Assembly (NCBI GenBank): GCA_963693365.1 | Contig: CAVNZM010000007.1 | Span: 2,279,979 to 2,343,978, forward strand | Direction: 5' to 3' | Source: Amoebidium appalachense | Lineage: Eukaryota; Protista; Ichthyosporea | Length of the DNA stretch: 64,000 nt | In this document: in pieces, positions 25,726-38,298 of the stretch | Layout of the letters: each line of letters begins with the position of its first letter | Numbering within the stretch: position 1 is the first letter of the stretch | The notes under the pieces: model-generated | What the model saw: the letters and a program-made list of their open reading frames with translations, nothing else | Database searches by the model: none | What the model was told of the DNA's origin: nothing | Translations under genes and position numbers: made by a program

Positions 25726-26493
25726 TCACTTAAACATGAGCGGTACCCTCCTCCCCTCCACCAGCTCCGGGTCCAAATCTTTCGTTACCTGCTCGAACAA
25801 ACCAGTTGACATAGTACATATTTGCACCGGTAGATTGCATTCTCGTGCCCCCGACTCACTCAAACTTCCCATGAGAAGCATGTTCTGGATTACTTTCGTG
25901 GGCATGCCGAGTGTGTTGAAGCCGTTTACAGAAACAAGGGTCTCTCCTTCACCCACCCCCGCCTGTGCAGCGCGACTGCTCTTCTTCACTTTCAGAATAC
26001 CGCCGCCCGATTTGAACTGCATATCTCCCTCTTCATAACCCGTCAGCTCGTACGTGCATATTCCAGCCTGAGGCCTGACTTCGAGCGTATATGTTGATCC
26101 CAGCCCCGCCTGCACCAATCTTTCGCAAGTTTCAACAGGTATATCACGCACGCTGGTATCTCCAATAGCCAAAACCTCATCACCGAAACGCAACCCAGCC
26201 TGCCACGCCGGCCCGTCAAAACGGACCCACGAAACGAACATCAACCCGGCAGCCAGAGCAAATTTCACGTCTCCGTTGCTTCCTGCCTCTCTTTCGATGG
26301 TCAACTTGGTGGGCTGTGCTGTAAGATGTGCAAGGGGAGAACGAAGGGGGAGAGAATCCTCTGCATTCACTCCCCCTAACCCTGGGAACATGCGTCCTAC
26401 TTTGCGGAAGGATTTGGGCGCACGAGCGAGGATCATGCTGGTGGTGCTCTGATGTTTCAGGGTGACGGAATGGCGGGGCTTGTCGGAAGCCAT
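25726..26493 (-). CDS. intronless tandem-PDZ protein, syntenin (SDCBP)-like, 255 aa
   Basis: PDZ1 GLMFVSWVRFDGPAWQAGLRFGDEVLAIG resembles syntenin [29 protein letters not shown]. PDZ2 is ILKVKKSSRAAQAGVGEGETLVSVNGFNTLG. The two PDZs are back-to-back with a short linker. Confidence 0.8.
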   Translation of the reverse strand: MASDKPRHSVTLKHQSTTSMILARAPKSFRKVGRMFPGLGGVNAEDSLPLRSPLAHLTAQPTKLTIEREAGSNGDVKFALAAGLMFVSWVRFDGPAWQAGLRFGDEVLAIGDTSVRDIPVETCERLVQAGLGSTYTLEVRPQAGICTYELTGYEEGDMQFKSGGGILKVKKSSRAAQAGVGEGETLVSVNGFNTLGMPTKVIQNMLLMGSLSESGARECNLPVQICTMSTGLFEQVTKDLDPELVEGRRVPLMFK

Positions 26494-28211
26494 TTTCGTG
26501 TTTGGATTCTATATGTCCCTACGAAAAGTTTGTTTTGTAATGAATGATGTAGGATTTTTCTGTAGTGGCGTAAGTGTACTTCTAGGTGAAAATGTATTCA
26601 AGATTATTTGAGAGGTGTTTTGCTAGGAGAAAGTTGTTTCTTTCTTACCGTTTACCTTCGGCTGAAGCCTCGTTCACCTACTTTTGGCTGCCCAAACTCT
26701 TGAACCACCACAAATTTTCACCAGCTACCTATGCTTACAACTCATGAGCCCCCAGGTTTACGTATTGCTCCAGAAAAGGCTTTTTGCACTAACAAAACAT
26801 ATCAATTACATGGAAATAGCCTGCATGTGTAGTTTCTATAGCTAGGTCAGCTGCATGTGGGTTTCTGTGCCAATCCGACTCAACACCGGTCTGCCCGGTT
26901 GCTCACTGAGACTCCTGACAGCCTGAGTTGTAGCCGCCTCGTTCCAACTGAAGGGGTGTAAAATGTTACCGAAGTGACGTTTCCATAAAATACATGTGTG
27001 CTGGTCGTTTATCAAGAAAAGATGTATTAGGGGTTAGAAGAATGAGTTATGCTGACCATATTGTAATGATATTATTATAGTACGAGTTACTGTAGTGGTC
27101 GACAGCCCTATTTTTGTTATATGACTATGTTAAGCCTCCTACACACATACATACATGATCCTGACAAGTTGAAGTGGGACATCAACATTTTGCACCCCTC
27201 TCATATGTGACTGCTCATTGGTTCATTTTATCAGGAAATGGATCCCCTACAAGCAATTCAGGAAGCTGTGTTTTGGGGGATTTCGTTTCGGCAGGGATAT
27301 CAGTAATAAATCTACTAAAAAGAGCACCATTGTGTATGGATATATGAATATTATACTATATAATATATTACTTATATATAGCAGTTATGTACAGCGCCAG
27401 GCAAAACGGGCTGCTTTTGGTTTATTCTGAGGTAACGAGGTTCATTTACGCAAGCCTCACACAATGAGCCCCATAATCTTAAGATTCGAGGAATGCGAGT
27501 ACACCGTTTGAAGGGGAACTTCGGCAGTCTGGGATATAAATAGGACTCTAAAAAAAGATTTGTCCCCTCTCCTCCCCCCCAGTCCCTGCCCTCAAATTCT
27601 CTACGTTCCCCCCCCCCCCCCCCCCCCCCCCCCCAACAACAACAACAACCCACCCACCACCGCCATCTCCACCAGTGCACCACAGACTCCCTGGCATTAA
27701 TGCCGGCATCTAACGAATTCCCACCTAGCTCTCTTATTGACCTCTCACTCATGTCTAAGTACATTCCGGGACTGTCCTTCCCTTAACCTGCTTTCCACCC
27801 CGACCCTACCCAAAACGCCATTCCACACACGCTCTCCTCCCGCGGCCGGTCTTCACTGTAACTAAGGATTGTTCGAACGCCGAAATCTATCGCGTGTGGA
27901 TGCAGAAGTAGCAAGTTTGGGGTAGCTGCATGCCAAATAGACCAGGTGACAGCATAGAAATACACTTAAAGGGAAGGCTTCTCTGATAAATGGTTGTTTC
28001 CTTTAAAAAGTTATAGGTTTACAGGTTTGTGTGTCTCAACTTTGTGAGCAGGATCAGAATGAGGATGATATGCAATTGCTTCTCAAGCCGGTCATGTCCA
28101 TGGCAGCCTGGTGCCATTCTCTGTTAGGCAGAAGGTCGGACGGCCACCATTGCAGTCGCCATAAGCTTGGCGCTGTTTTCGTTCCTCAATAAACACCTAC
28201 AGTGTGCAATG

Positions 28212-28259
<48 letters not shown>

Positions 28260-29499
28260 AAAAAAAAAAAACCACAAAAACCGCCCACCAGAAAGTTTGA
28301 ACAGTTAGAACTTTTGCAACGGGAAGCTTTAGAGTGCATTACATAACCTCTTGAATGCAGGCATAATTACATTTTCATATATTCTCTATTAGCGGGTTTG
28401 TATGCCAGTGTGTAATAGTGTATGTGTGCGCACGTGCATGATTGTGCACGTGCGTGCGCACTGCGCGTGTGTGTTTGTACGCATGCGCCTGTATGTACAT
28501 GTGGGCGCATGATGCGGGTGCTCCTTGTGTGTGTGTGTTCGTTTGGGTACCGGTGCCTTTGTGCATCTTTGTGGTGTTTGGCCTCACGATGTAACCGATT
28601 CCCCGAAGAAAATTAAACTCCTGGCCGCAGGCCCATTGCTGGTGGCACTTTGAACTTTATGAAGGCTAGGCCGCTCTAAATTTACGTGCGATATATTTTG
28701 AAGGAAACCGAAAATATATACCAATTTCTATGTATTCCGAGGCAAAAAGACTGCAAATACAGTATACGCGGAGTTGCGGCGCACTGGGCCGCGGCCCGCT
28801 TGCGGCTTGTTTACACTGCAGTGCGCACAGCAGACCGTGACGTCTGCGGCCATTGGCTGCCATTAAAAGGCCAATCAAATGGAAGTAAAATGATACCGTT
28901 TGAACCAATCATAATAATTTACGAAATTGCTTTAATTGGATTGGATTAGATTGCATCAACTGACAGAACGTGACGCCGCCGCACTCATTTCAGATAGGCA
29001 ATGTCGCACCGGCTTAGCTTCCGAGTTAGGCCGACCCTCCTGTCCTCAGCCTTCGAAGCTCCGAGTCAACCAAACTCACCGACTCACCGTGGCATGGTAT
29101 GCGTGGGCGGTGTAAAAAAGGGCCTTCTAGGCTCCTTCAAAGCAGCCACCTACTAAGCATTCCTTTGCGCCCAGGCCAGGCATCGGCAATTTGGCCATTA
29201 GAGCACTGTATGCATATGTATGCATCAAAAAGGGAACGAGAGGGCAAAAGTGGCACCACATGCATGCATATGTGATATAGCTTGCATGCGTGTAGATTCG
29301 GACACGAACGCTAACTCCTCGTTTTACACGCCTGAAACACCGTTGGCGTCATTCACGTAAGTATGTGTGTTGCTTCAACTACAATCAATTAACACAATAT
29401 TGTATCCAAGGTAAACATTTCGAAACGCACACCAACTGTTTGCTCATCAAGTTGCTTCCATTTAGACCTCTCTCCCTCGCCTGCAAATCCAAAAAAGGA

Positions 29500-29950
29500 A
29501 TGCCGTCTCCCCCCGGTTTCAGTGTAGGGGCCTCACCAATGACGTGGGCTCTTCTTGCCCTTCTTTCCGGTGAAGGAATCGCTGCCTCAGCCCGCCGACA
29601 CGAGGAGTTTGCAGGAATAATGAGTGTAAACCCACAGAGTGGGGATGGCGTTTTCTCCGAAGAAACACAACGCATTCACCATCTGAGACACATGCACTTT
29701 GAGCTTGACGATGCAGACACCGGCGAAAAATACGGGCGCATCATAGGTGGTCGCCCGAGTTTTATAGTGAACGGGATCATAAATAACAAACCCCGGTGGT
29801 GACCTCTCCGCGTTCCGGTCTTACAACTGGATGGCTTCCCTGCGCCTGCGTGACGACCCCGCAAAATTGGGCTCCTATGACTTCTGTGGGGCCACGCTGA
29901 TTGGGCCCCGTTGGCTTCTTACTTCTGGGTACGTCAATGAAACACACACA

Positions 29951-30001
<51 letters not shown>

Positions 30002-30027
30002 AGACACACGCACACACACACACACAC

Positions 30028-30085
<58 letters not shown>

Positions 30086-31734
30086 ACCATAGTTGTAGTC
30101 ATTCAGTGGAACACGGTGACAAAATATAACATGTAAACTGTGAGTTTTCCAACCCCGAAAAGCTTAGAAATATCTCCTGGCATGATTCCCTGAGCTCGAC
30201 TTGCTAGGCAACTTGCATGCCTATGATGCTGGCGATTTCGCTATATCGAGGGCAGCATTTCATATAAGAATGTACCAAACAGTATGTACATCACATTGGG
30301 AATGATTCTCAGACCAATGGCCCAAGATGATAAAGTGATACGCTCGCCACTTTAACGCACTTCTATTCTTTGTCCCTGTAGTCCCCCAACTAGCTGTGTA
30401 TGTTAGCACATACATAATACAGTAACTGTGCCTGCAGAACTCGACAAAGTTCCCATGATCCTCATCACACCTCAACCCCCCCCCCCTCCCCCCCCACTCC
30501 CCCCTCCCCCCCCCCCCTCCCCCCCCCCCCCCCCCCCCCCCCTCCCCCCCCCCCCCCCCCCAAGGCTTCGGCCTCCGTTCACTTTCAATTGAGCTCACCC
30601 CCCTCTCTTTTCACCTTCAGAACATGTGTGCAAGGGCTGAGACTCGACGATTATTTAGGCAGATTACCGACGTACATCTAGTAATAGACATCACGAACGC
30701 GTTTCGTATATCCGTGAGTGGCTACCAAAAAAAATTCGCACACCTAGGACTCTTCCTCAGTGTGATCATAAATAATGATGTGTTATTGTTAAAAAAGGAT
30801 GACCTGCTAAAACGTTAGCAGCAAGATGTACACCTAATGAGAGTGCTCTAGCTGAATAAATTGCTAATTGAATCATTAGGAAGAAAGAAGCAAGGCCTTG
30901 CAACTGATAACGATGTAGTGCATGAGGTGGACAAAAACGCAAAAACACCGGATTCTATCTTTATGCCGCCATAGGGGGTGACTTTCGTACCTATTATGAA
31001 ACCAATGGCTTGGAGATGTCACCGAAACTATGGGAAAATGTGCAAAATGCAAAAGTGAGTGCGCCTAATCGGATCATTGTTTTTCGATATGTGGATTATC
31101 ATCTAATGTTATTAAGGTAGCGCCGCTGAGTTACTGGTTACTTTCAGTTAGTAAGGAAAACTGTACTACTACTGAATACCCCGATGTATCATGCCATAAA
31201 CCCTGGCACACACATCTATATATCGACTCGTAGGCTACCTGGAAAAGCAGTCAAGTGAGGGATGCCTAGGCCATGATCAATTTGATCTTATGCCCGATGG
31301 GCGGCAAAACAACCAGGTCTAGAGAAGACCGAGAAATTCATGATCAAGTAGCATCTGATCGGTCTGGTTTTTTAATAAATAATCAACATCAAAGTCAAAT
31401 TTCCTAAATTTTTCTGATCATAACAATACATTGCAGATCAAAGTGCAGCGGATGCACACGCTCTACAACGACCCGTTGGAGCCCAAGGATGTTGCCGTTC
31501 TTGAGTTGGCCGCACCGATTGAAGAAAAATACGCTCAGTTCATACCGCTGGCACGCGGAAATGAAGGTGTGTGAACGTACGCGTCTGTACATGTGTGCAA
31601 TTTTCTCAACGAGTCTTGTTCGACTAGTCAGACTGTGTAGTGAAGGTGTAAAGAAAGGTGTTTTAAAATCATGTCGAATTTTGGTGTGTGTCAGGTGCTG
31701 CAGCAGTGTGTGTGTGTGTGTGTGTGTGTGTGAC

Positions 31735-31797
<63 letters not shown>

Positions 31798-32375
31798 ATT
31801 TTCACGCCGCATGTCTAATTATAGTATCCATCTCTTAAGCACAAGGTTGGTGTAGGCGTGCACGTGGGCACTGTATTCTTGGCATTCAACCACACCACCG
31901 GTACATACCCATGTACAGTCTGAACCGCCGCAGTCAGTTTTTCCGTTTTCTTTTCTTTCCTTTTCTTCCTTTTTTTTTCTTTTCTTTTTTTTTTTTTTTT
32001 TTTTTTGGGGGGGGGGGGGGGGGTTATGCTTTTCCAAACCGGTGTGATGCTTATGTTGACTCAGAGCCTAACATGTTCCTGCTGTGGATATCCCGGAGGG
32101 CTCGATGCGTCCGGAGCAACAACCGTTGCAGTTGCAAGTGGGGAGTTACAGGCCAAACTACGAAGTACATATCACAGTACTTGAATGAGGTCAACCTAAC
32201 GGTGACAAGCAACAGTTTGTGTGCCGCAGATAGTGACACGGGGGGGATTATGATCAAAGATTATGAGATCTGCACTGATAATGGGACGCAGAGCCTCCTT
32301 AAACAGCCGGACGAGCAAGGAGGTTGCAAGGGTGGTGCTGCCGGGCCTCTTCTTAACTAGGACAAGTCGGTTCAG
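29500..32375 (+). pseudogene. trypsin-family (S1A) non-catalytic homologue, degenerate, 3' exon missing
   Basis: Exon 29500-29928: signal peptide, R|IIGG activation site, [16 protein letters not shown], and a 1-nt frameshift at 29791-29794. Exon 30621-30713: TCV replaces catalytic HC; frameshift. Exon 30975-31054. Exon 31437-31566: catalytic-Asp motif DVAVLEL. Exon ~32087-32375: WG...YLNEVNL...EICT...CKGGAAGPLLN*, i.e. GDSGG lost, TAG at 32358, frameshift, no AG acceptor. Confidence 0.75.
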
Positions 32376-32816
32376 GTGCGTTTAAAAGGCCCCCCCCCTC
32401 CCCCCCCCCCCCCCCCCCCCCCACTTCTCCCTCCACCCACCACAACAAAAAACTTTAAAAAAGAGAAAAGAAAAAGAAAAGAAGAAGAAGAAGAGGAAGA
32501 AAGGGAAAAAAGGCAAGAGTTCACTAATAAAATGTGTGTGTGTGTGTATGTGTGTGTGCGTGTTTGGTGATGGTGATGGGTGGGGAGGGGGGACTGTTTC
32601 CTGATTTGAGTCGATGGGTAGTTGGATTTGTGGAGTCAATAACCGCGGAGAGTTGAGTGACGGATGGGTTGGTTCACCGAGATGGCGGTAGTGGTGGGCT
32701 CCATTTTTCTTTGTGTGTGTCGCGGTGGGTGCACATTGTACTTGAAGTTGATTGATGGCATTATGACAATGGGTATGATGCGTGTGTGTGTGTGTGTATT
32801 TTTTTTTGTTTTGTTT

Positions 32817-32861
<45 letters not shown>

Positions 32862-32979
32862 GAGGGGGAGGAGGGGGGAGGGGGGAGGGGGGTATATGGA
32901 GGATTCTAATGTGTACTGGCTTTAAGATGTCGTGGGCCTGGCAATACCACCCCCGTGTGTGTGTGTGCGTGTGTATGTG

Positions 32980-33077
<98 letters not shown>

Positions 33078-33354
33078 GCGTGTGTGTGTGTGTGTGTGCT
33101 TGTATACGTGGCGGCGCGCGCATGTGTGGGTGTGTGTGTGCTTGTGTGCATGTGCGTGCATGCGTGTGTGCATGTGTGTTGATCTGTGTTTGGGAGACCG
33201 AAGGGTCGAGGAAGCCGGAGGTGTGGTGGTTTTGAAAGGGGAGAGGTGGGGAAGGGAGGGGACTTCAAGGGGGAGGGTAGCTAAGGCTTTTCTTCAACTC
33301 GTTTTGAAACTTTTTACCCACAATGCTGTTATGATAGAATAGTCTATCAGATTC

Positions 33355-34001
33355 TGTTTATTCCTGCTCTTCCCAGTCACGTACTTAGCCTGTTCCCGCC
33401 TATCCCGCCCCCGCATACTTGGGGACCGCCTGGGGCCGCATACGCTAGGAACCATAACTGTCTTCCTATTGGCTAGTACATAATCCCGATCTATCCTGAG
33501 AGACTATCTGTAATCCTATTGGACAATGTTTTCGCGGACTGGCATCCGCGCAGGTATATAAAGCAGCCGGACCATCCTCAGATGGTACCGGAGGATCCGA
33601 GATCTCAAACCACTTCCTGCGAACCTCTCTACTCTCGATCCGCTATGTAGAAGTGGTTGTCTCTTACAGAGGTCACAGGACCGAATCCTGCCTTTGCTCC
33701 ACATCATATTCTGATATGGTAGCATAGAATAGGGTTGTCACTGCCCACTTGAGATGGAGCACACGCTTACTCCTATGTGCTGTCAGACACGTCCATCGAT
33801 ATCGACGAGCTTCTACAAGCCACTTCTAGATCGCAAGTCCAGTCAACAACTACTCGTCACGACCACTTTCAACTGCACTGAGGCCAGCACAATCGAGGAA
33901 TCGTATCCAAGTTTTAACTAATTAAACAGTAGACACTACATATAAACTTTGTAATGTTTACATGTCACACACGGTCCATATGCATTCCAAGCAACGAAAC
34001 A
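33355..34001 (+). mobile_element. possible solo LTR / LTR-like insertion
   Basis: Complex, microsatellite-free block starting TGTTT and ending AAACA (alternative end TAAACA at 33928). Contains two ATTGG boxes, TATATAAAG at ~33556 and ATTAAA at 33921. No convincing target-site duplication. Confidence 0.35.
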
Positions 34002-34030
34002 CATTTTAACCCAAATATTTTTACCGTTAG

Positions 34031-34391
34031 GTTTTTCCGCTGATGGTTCCCAAGCGACGAGCATGGGTTTGGGGTACAACGTCATCCGGCGGTAAACCAT
34101 CCATCTACCTACGAGAGGTTAATCTCACCATCGCAAACAAAAGAGAATGTTCGTCTCGTATGAACTGGGGCCAATATTACATCAAGGGTTATGAGATGTG
34201 TGCGGGGACAAAGGGTGCGATGGGTGGAAAGGATACGTGTCAGGGTGACTCTGGCGGACCTCTTTTGAACGCGGATAAGTCGGCGCAGGTGAGTGGGTGC
34301 GGGGTTAAGAAAGTACTATGAGCGGTATTATCTTTTGTTTTTGGTACGTGTGGGCGATGACCCCAATGGCATAAAGGCAATCGAATGTGCA

Positions 34392-34438
<47 letters not shown>

Positions 34439-35084
34439 CCCCACCTCCCACCTCCCTCCACCACCCCATACCAAACAAAGAAAAGAAAGACTTTAGAGAA
34501 TAAAAGAAAAAAAAACAATCAACACCAAAAAGCCTTCGGGTTTACCCAATTACTCGCTGCACATCCATCTTACAAACCATCCCCCTCACCCTTCCAACCC
34601 TTCCCCCCCCCCCCCCCCCCCCACCCCCCACCCCACCCCCTTCCCCCCCCCCCCCCCCCCCCCCCCCCCTTCCCCCCCCCCCCCCCCCCCCCCCTCCCTC
34701 CACACACACACACACAGATCGGTATCGTCTCGTGCGGCTTCGGCTGTGCCTACAAGGGCACATACGGAGTATACACGGACGTAGGAAAAGTATTCAAATG
34801 GATTCACAGCATCGTCGAATCAGAAAACGACATGAGTTTATGATTGACGGAGAAGAAACATTCCACCTCCCGCCCTCGCGTAAATGTCTAAGTATGAGCC
34901 CGATTGTCGCCGATTCGTGGTGTCAGGCTGCGAATTGCGATGAAAAACTCAAGCCAATCTGTGTGTGGAAGGCACCAAAGTGGAAGCCAACACACACGTG
35001 CAAGTCCATCTCCCCACTCACAAACGACAAGTGGTGCAGAGAGGTGTGTTACCTGTTGTGCCTTCCTCCTTCCCCTCCCCCCCT

Positions 35085-35116
<32 letters not shown>

Positions 35117-35389
35117 TCTCTTATTCCCCTCCCCCCTTCTACCCCCTCCCCCACCCGCCTCCCCAACACGCAAACTTTTCCCCTTCCCACTGGCCCCACC
35201 CACACCTGCCTGCTACCCCCTCCTACCCCCCCTCCCCCCCCCCCCCCCCCCCCCCCTCTCCCTGTCCCCCTCCCCCTCCTAAATTACCCCCCTCCCCACC
35301 GAGAAGCCATGCATTAGGATAGTGGTCGTGTGTGTGAGTGCGCGCGCGTGGCGTGTGTTTGCGCATGTGCGTGCGTGCGTGCGTGTGTG

Positions 35390-35488
<99 letters not shown>

Positions 35489-35751
35489 TTTGAGTGTGTG
35501 TGTGTGCGCGCGCTTGTGTGTGAGTGTGTATGTGGGTCGTGGTGGTGGTGGTGGTGGTGGTGGGGGGGGGGGGGGGGGGGGGGAGGGGTAGAGGTGGGGG
35601 AGGAAGGGGGGGGGGGGGGTACGCACATGTTCCACATGCTAACCAGTCATTAATGATCCCGCAGGTGATGTGTGACTCTGCCTACTCTTCCTTCTGCACC
35701 TGGGAGTCGGTTTTAAATTTACTGCCTAAACCAATAGCTGAAATTCGTTAA
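34031..35751 (+). CDS. 3' half of a trypsin-like serine protease with two C-terminal Cys/Trp repeats
   Basis: Exon 34031-34288 encodes GWGTTSSGG...YLREVNL...EMCAG...KDTCQGDSGGPLL, with catalytic Ser and S1 Asp intact and a 1-nt frameshift near 34068. Exon 34718-35043 encodes IGIVSCGFGCAYKGTYGVYTDV...WI, then after a frameshift near 34826 CLSMSPIVADSWCQAANCDEKLKPICVW and CKSISPLTNDKWCRE. Exon 35665-35751 encodes VMCDSAYSSFCTW.... Confidence 0.8.
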
Positions 35752-36208
35752 ATTTGAAATTAGTGAAATGATCACCTCTACACGAACAGAGTAGGTGATG
35801 TCGTTATTCGCAAGTTTGGCTGCGCTAATTAGTGGGGGTTGCAGAAAGGGAGATTAGGGAGATAGATGTGAACTTATGGTATTAAAAATTGAAAATCGGG
35901 GAACCCGATTTCCGTAGGTTTGAAACGTCGGTACGCATGAATCTCTATTTTTCACCATGGTTTCCCATGATCATATGATCTTCGTATTAGTATTTCGGTG
36001 TTTTTATTGACTGGTTCCAAGTCGATTCCAAATGTAAGACGCAGTGGGTGTTTAAAAGGGTTTATTGCTGTGGCTGTTTTGCATCCCCTGAACTTTTAAT
36101 AAATTTATAAAGCTCTCAAGGTTCGGACTCGGAGAATGACACTGTATTCGAACGCACACAGGTGCCTTGGTTTCGATTGCTGTTACCTCCCCCCCCCCCC
36201 CCCCCCCC

Positions 36209-36364
36209 ACCTCATAATTAATTATCCACACAGCTGTGCATTTTGTATCAGGCTCTCACACTGTATGGATTGGCGGCCTCCCCCCCCCCCCCCACCTCAT
36301 AATTAATTATCCACACAGCTGTGCATTTTGTATCAGGCTCTCACACTGTATGGATTGGCGGCCT
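36209..36364. repeat. exact 71-bp duplication separated and flanked by poly(C)
   Basis: acctcataattaattatccacacagctgtgcattttgtatcaggctctcacactgtatggattggcggcct occurs at 36209-36279 and 36294-36364. Confidence 0.9.
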
Positions 36365-36396
<32 letters not shown>

Positions 36397-36801
36397 CCCC
36401 CCCCCCCCTCCCCCCCTCCCCCTCCCCCCCCTCCCCTCCCCCCCCCCCTTCCAGCTCCTCCTCCCAAAAAAACTACAACCATCAATTGCACCACCACCAC
36501 GGTAAGCCTGTCAAGAAAGCCAGCCAGCCCCCCCCTTCCCCCCCACGGGCCCGGCCCGGGGGAGGCTGGATCCCCCCACCCACAGACACACCATATAAAG
36601 GCTGTGCCCTAAGCAGCTCCCTTTATTGACCTGTTTCATTGCGTACTTCCTCCCAAAATCGTCGCTTATCAGCCATCTAAAACGAGCAGAGCATGCGGAA
36701 AAAAGGTACCCCTCTTTCTCGTTGTGTAACTTTGAATAACATGAACGAGTGGATACTGTAAATCTGCGAGTGTACCAAAAAAAAAAAAAAAGAATAGGAT
36801 A

Positions 36802-36874
36802 CTCCCCCGCCTGGGGTCGAACCAGGGACCTTTCGGTTAACAGCCGAACGCGCTGCCGATTGCGCCACGGAGGA
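36802..36874 (-). tRNA. trnN-GTT: tRNA-Asn(GTT)
   Basis: Minus strand TCCTCCG TGGCGCAATCGGCAGCGCG TTCGG CTGTTAA CCGAA AGGTC CCTGG TTCGACC CCAGG CGGGGGA G gives a full 73-nt cloverleaf with A/B boxes. An oligo-T Pol III terminator lies at 36777-36791. Confidence 0.97.
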
Positions 36875-37464
36875 TTGATGAATGCCGGTGCCACATCGCA
36901 TATATGAACATTATAACAGAATTCCCTCATGCCCACGTATACTTGCCGTGGCACTTTAAACACGTGGGTTATTGTAAGTTTACAAGCAGCCATTTGCCCA
37001 GCTGGTCACGTGATTTCGCACATGAAACCATGGCTGTGACAGTCCATATTCGTGATGTTCACGATCATCTATAAACCTTTTTCCTTGGCGGTTTGTGTGA
37101 GAAACCACTCGAGTGATCAGAAGCAGTGCAATGCACACTTCCATACGCAGTTTCGTGTGCTTTTGCAGTGTTTGTGTGTGTGTGTGGTGGTAAGGGATTA
37201 GAAAGCGAAATACGGTAAGAAATGACGAGAGGTTGGTGTTGTGTGTGTGCTAGAATGCCAAGTACAGTACGAAGTGCAGGATCCGGACAAGTCTTGGAAG
37301 CATTGTACATTCAATCAGGGGCCTTTTCTTTTCTTTCTTTCTTTTTTTTTTTTATGGTGGTGGTGGTGCGGGCTAACTGCATCCGGGTTTCGACCCCTTC
37401 ACCTCCATTCACGTCTATGTGTGTGAGTGTGTTGGGGAGAGAGGGAGGGAGGGGGGGGGGGGGG

Positions 37465-37497
<33 letters not shown>

Positions 37498-37953
37498 GGT
37501 TTGAGACGACGCAAAGATGTACGCTTTCCAACCGTTTTATTGAATGTTACCTATTGCAGGACGTTCACGTAATCCAAAATCGTGTGCACGGAGGCCATCG
37601 AGTTCCTGGTTCCTGTCTATGAACTCGAGATCATGCGCGCGCCACATACCTAAAAAGGAAATATCGTGCCAATAACAGCATCCAGACGGGGTGGCAGTTA
37701 CGTTCGACAAAAGGTCGAAATAATAATGCAGTTTACATAACCAGTAAGGTTTACTATTCTACCTGTATTATCTACAATTATGGAGTTACTCAGCCTTTTC
37801 TTGTTCACACAATGCTCATATTCCAACACATAAACGCCAGCCCATCTGACGCCGATCTCTCATGCTGCAGATCCAGCCAATAGCCACTCAGCACCGCCAA
37901 TCCGCCGCAGATCTGGACCATTTACAGCAACCGGAACCAAATCTCGATCTAAT

Positions 37954-38265
37954 CTAGATCTCGCCCTTTTGCACCGTACCAATAGCCTCCGCCTTCAGCT
38001 TGGGAACCGTAGTCACGTGTTTCAGAGATCTATCCTGGAGGGTGACAGAGGGTTTCTCGCCCGTACCCTTCTGTGCGGTTCCAAGGCCTTCCGCGACCTT
38101 CTTTGGCGCCGAGAGGGCAGTCACGGTGGTCACGGAGTCAACGACCTGAGTGTGCTTGGGCTTGGGAACCTGTGTTTGCGGAATAATCAAATCAGTTTGT
38201 ATCATTTTTTCTTTTAAGTCGGTACCACAAAGCAGACACGAAGTAAGCACAATAATCACAGCCGT

Positions 38266-38298
<33 letters not shown>

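Noticed and set aside
36222-36230. DnaA box TTATCCACA, twice
   Set aside because: Chance 9-mer duplicated with its segment in a eukaryotic genome.
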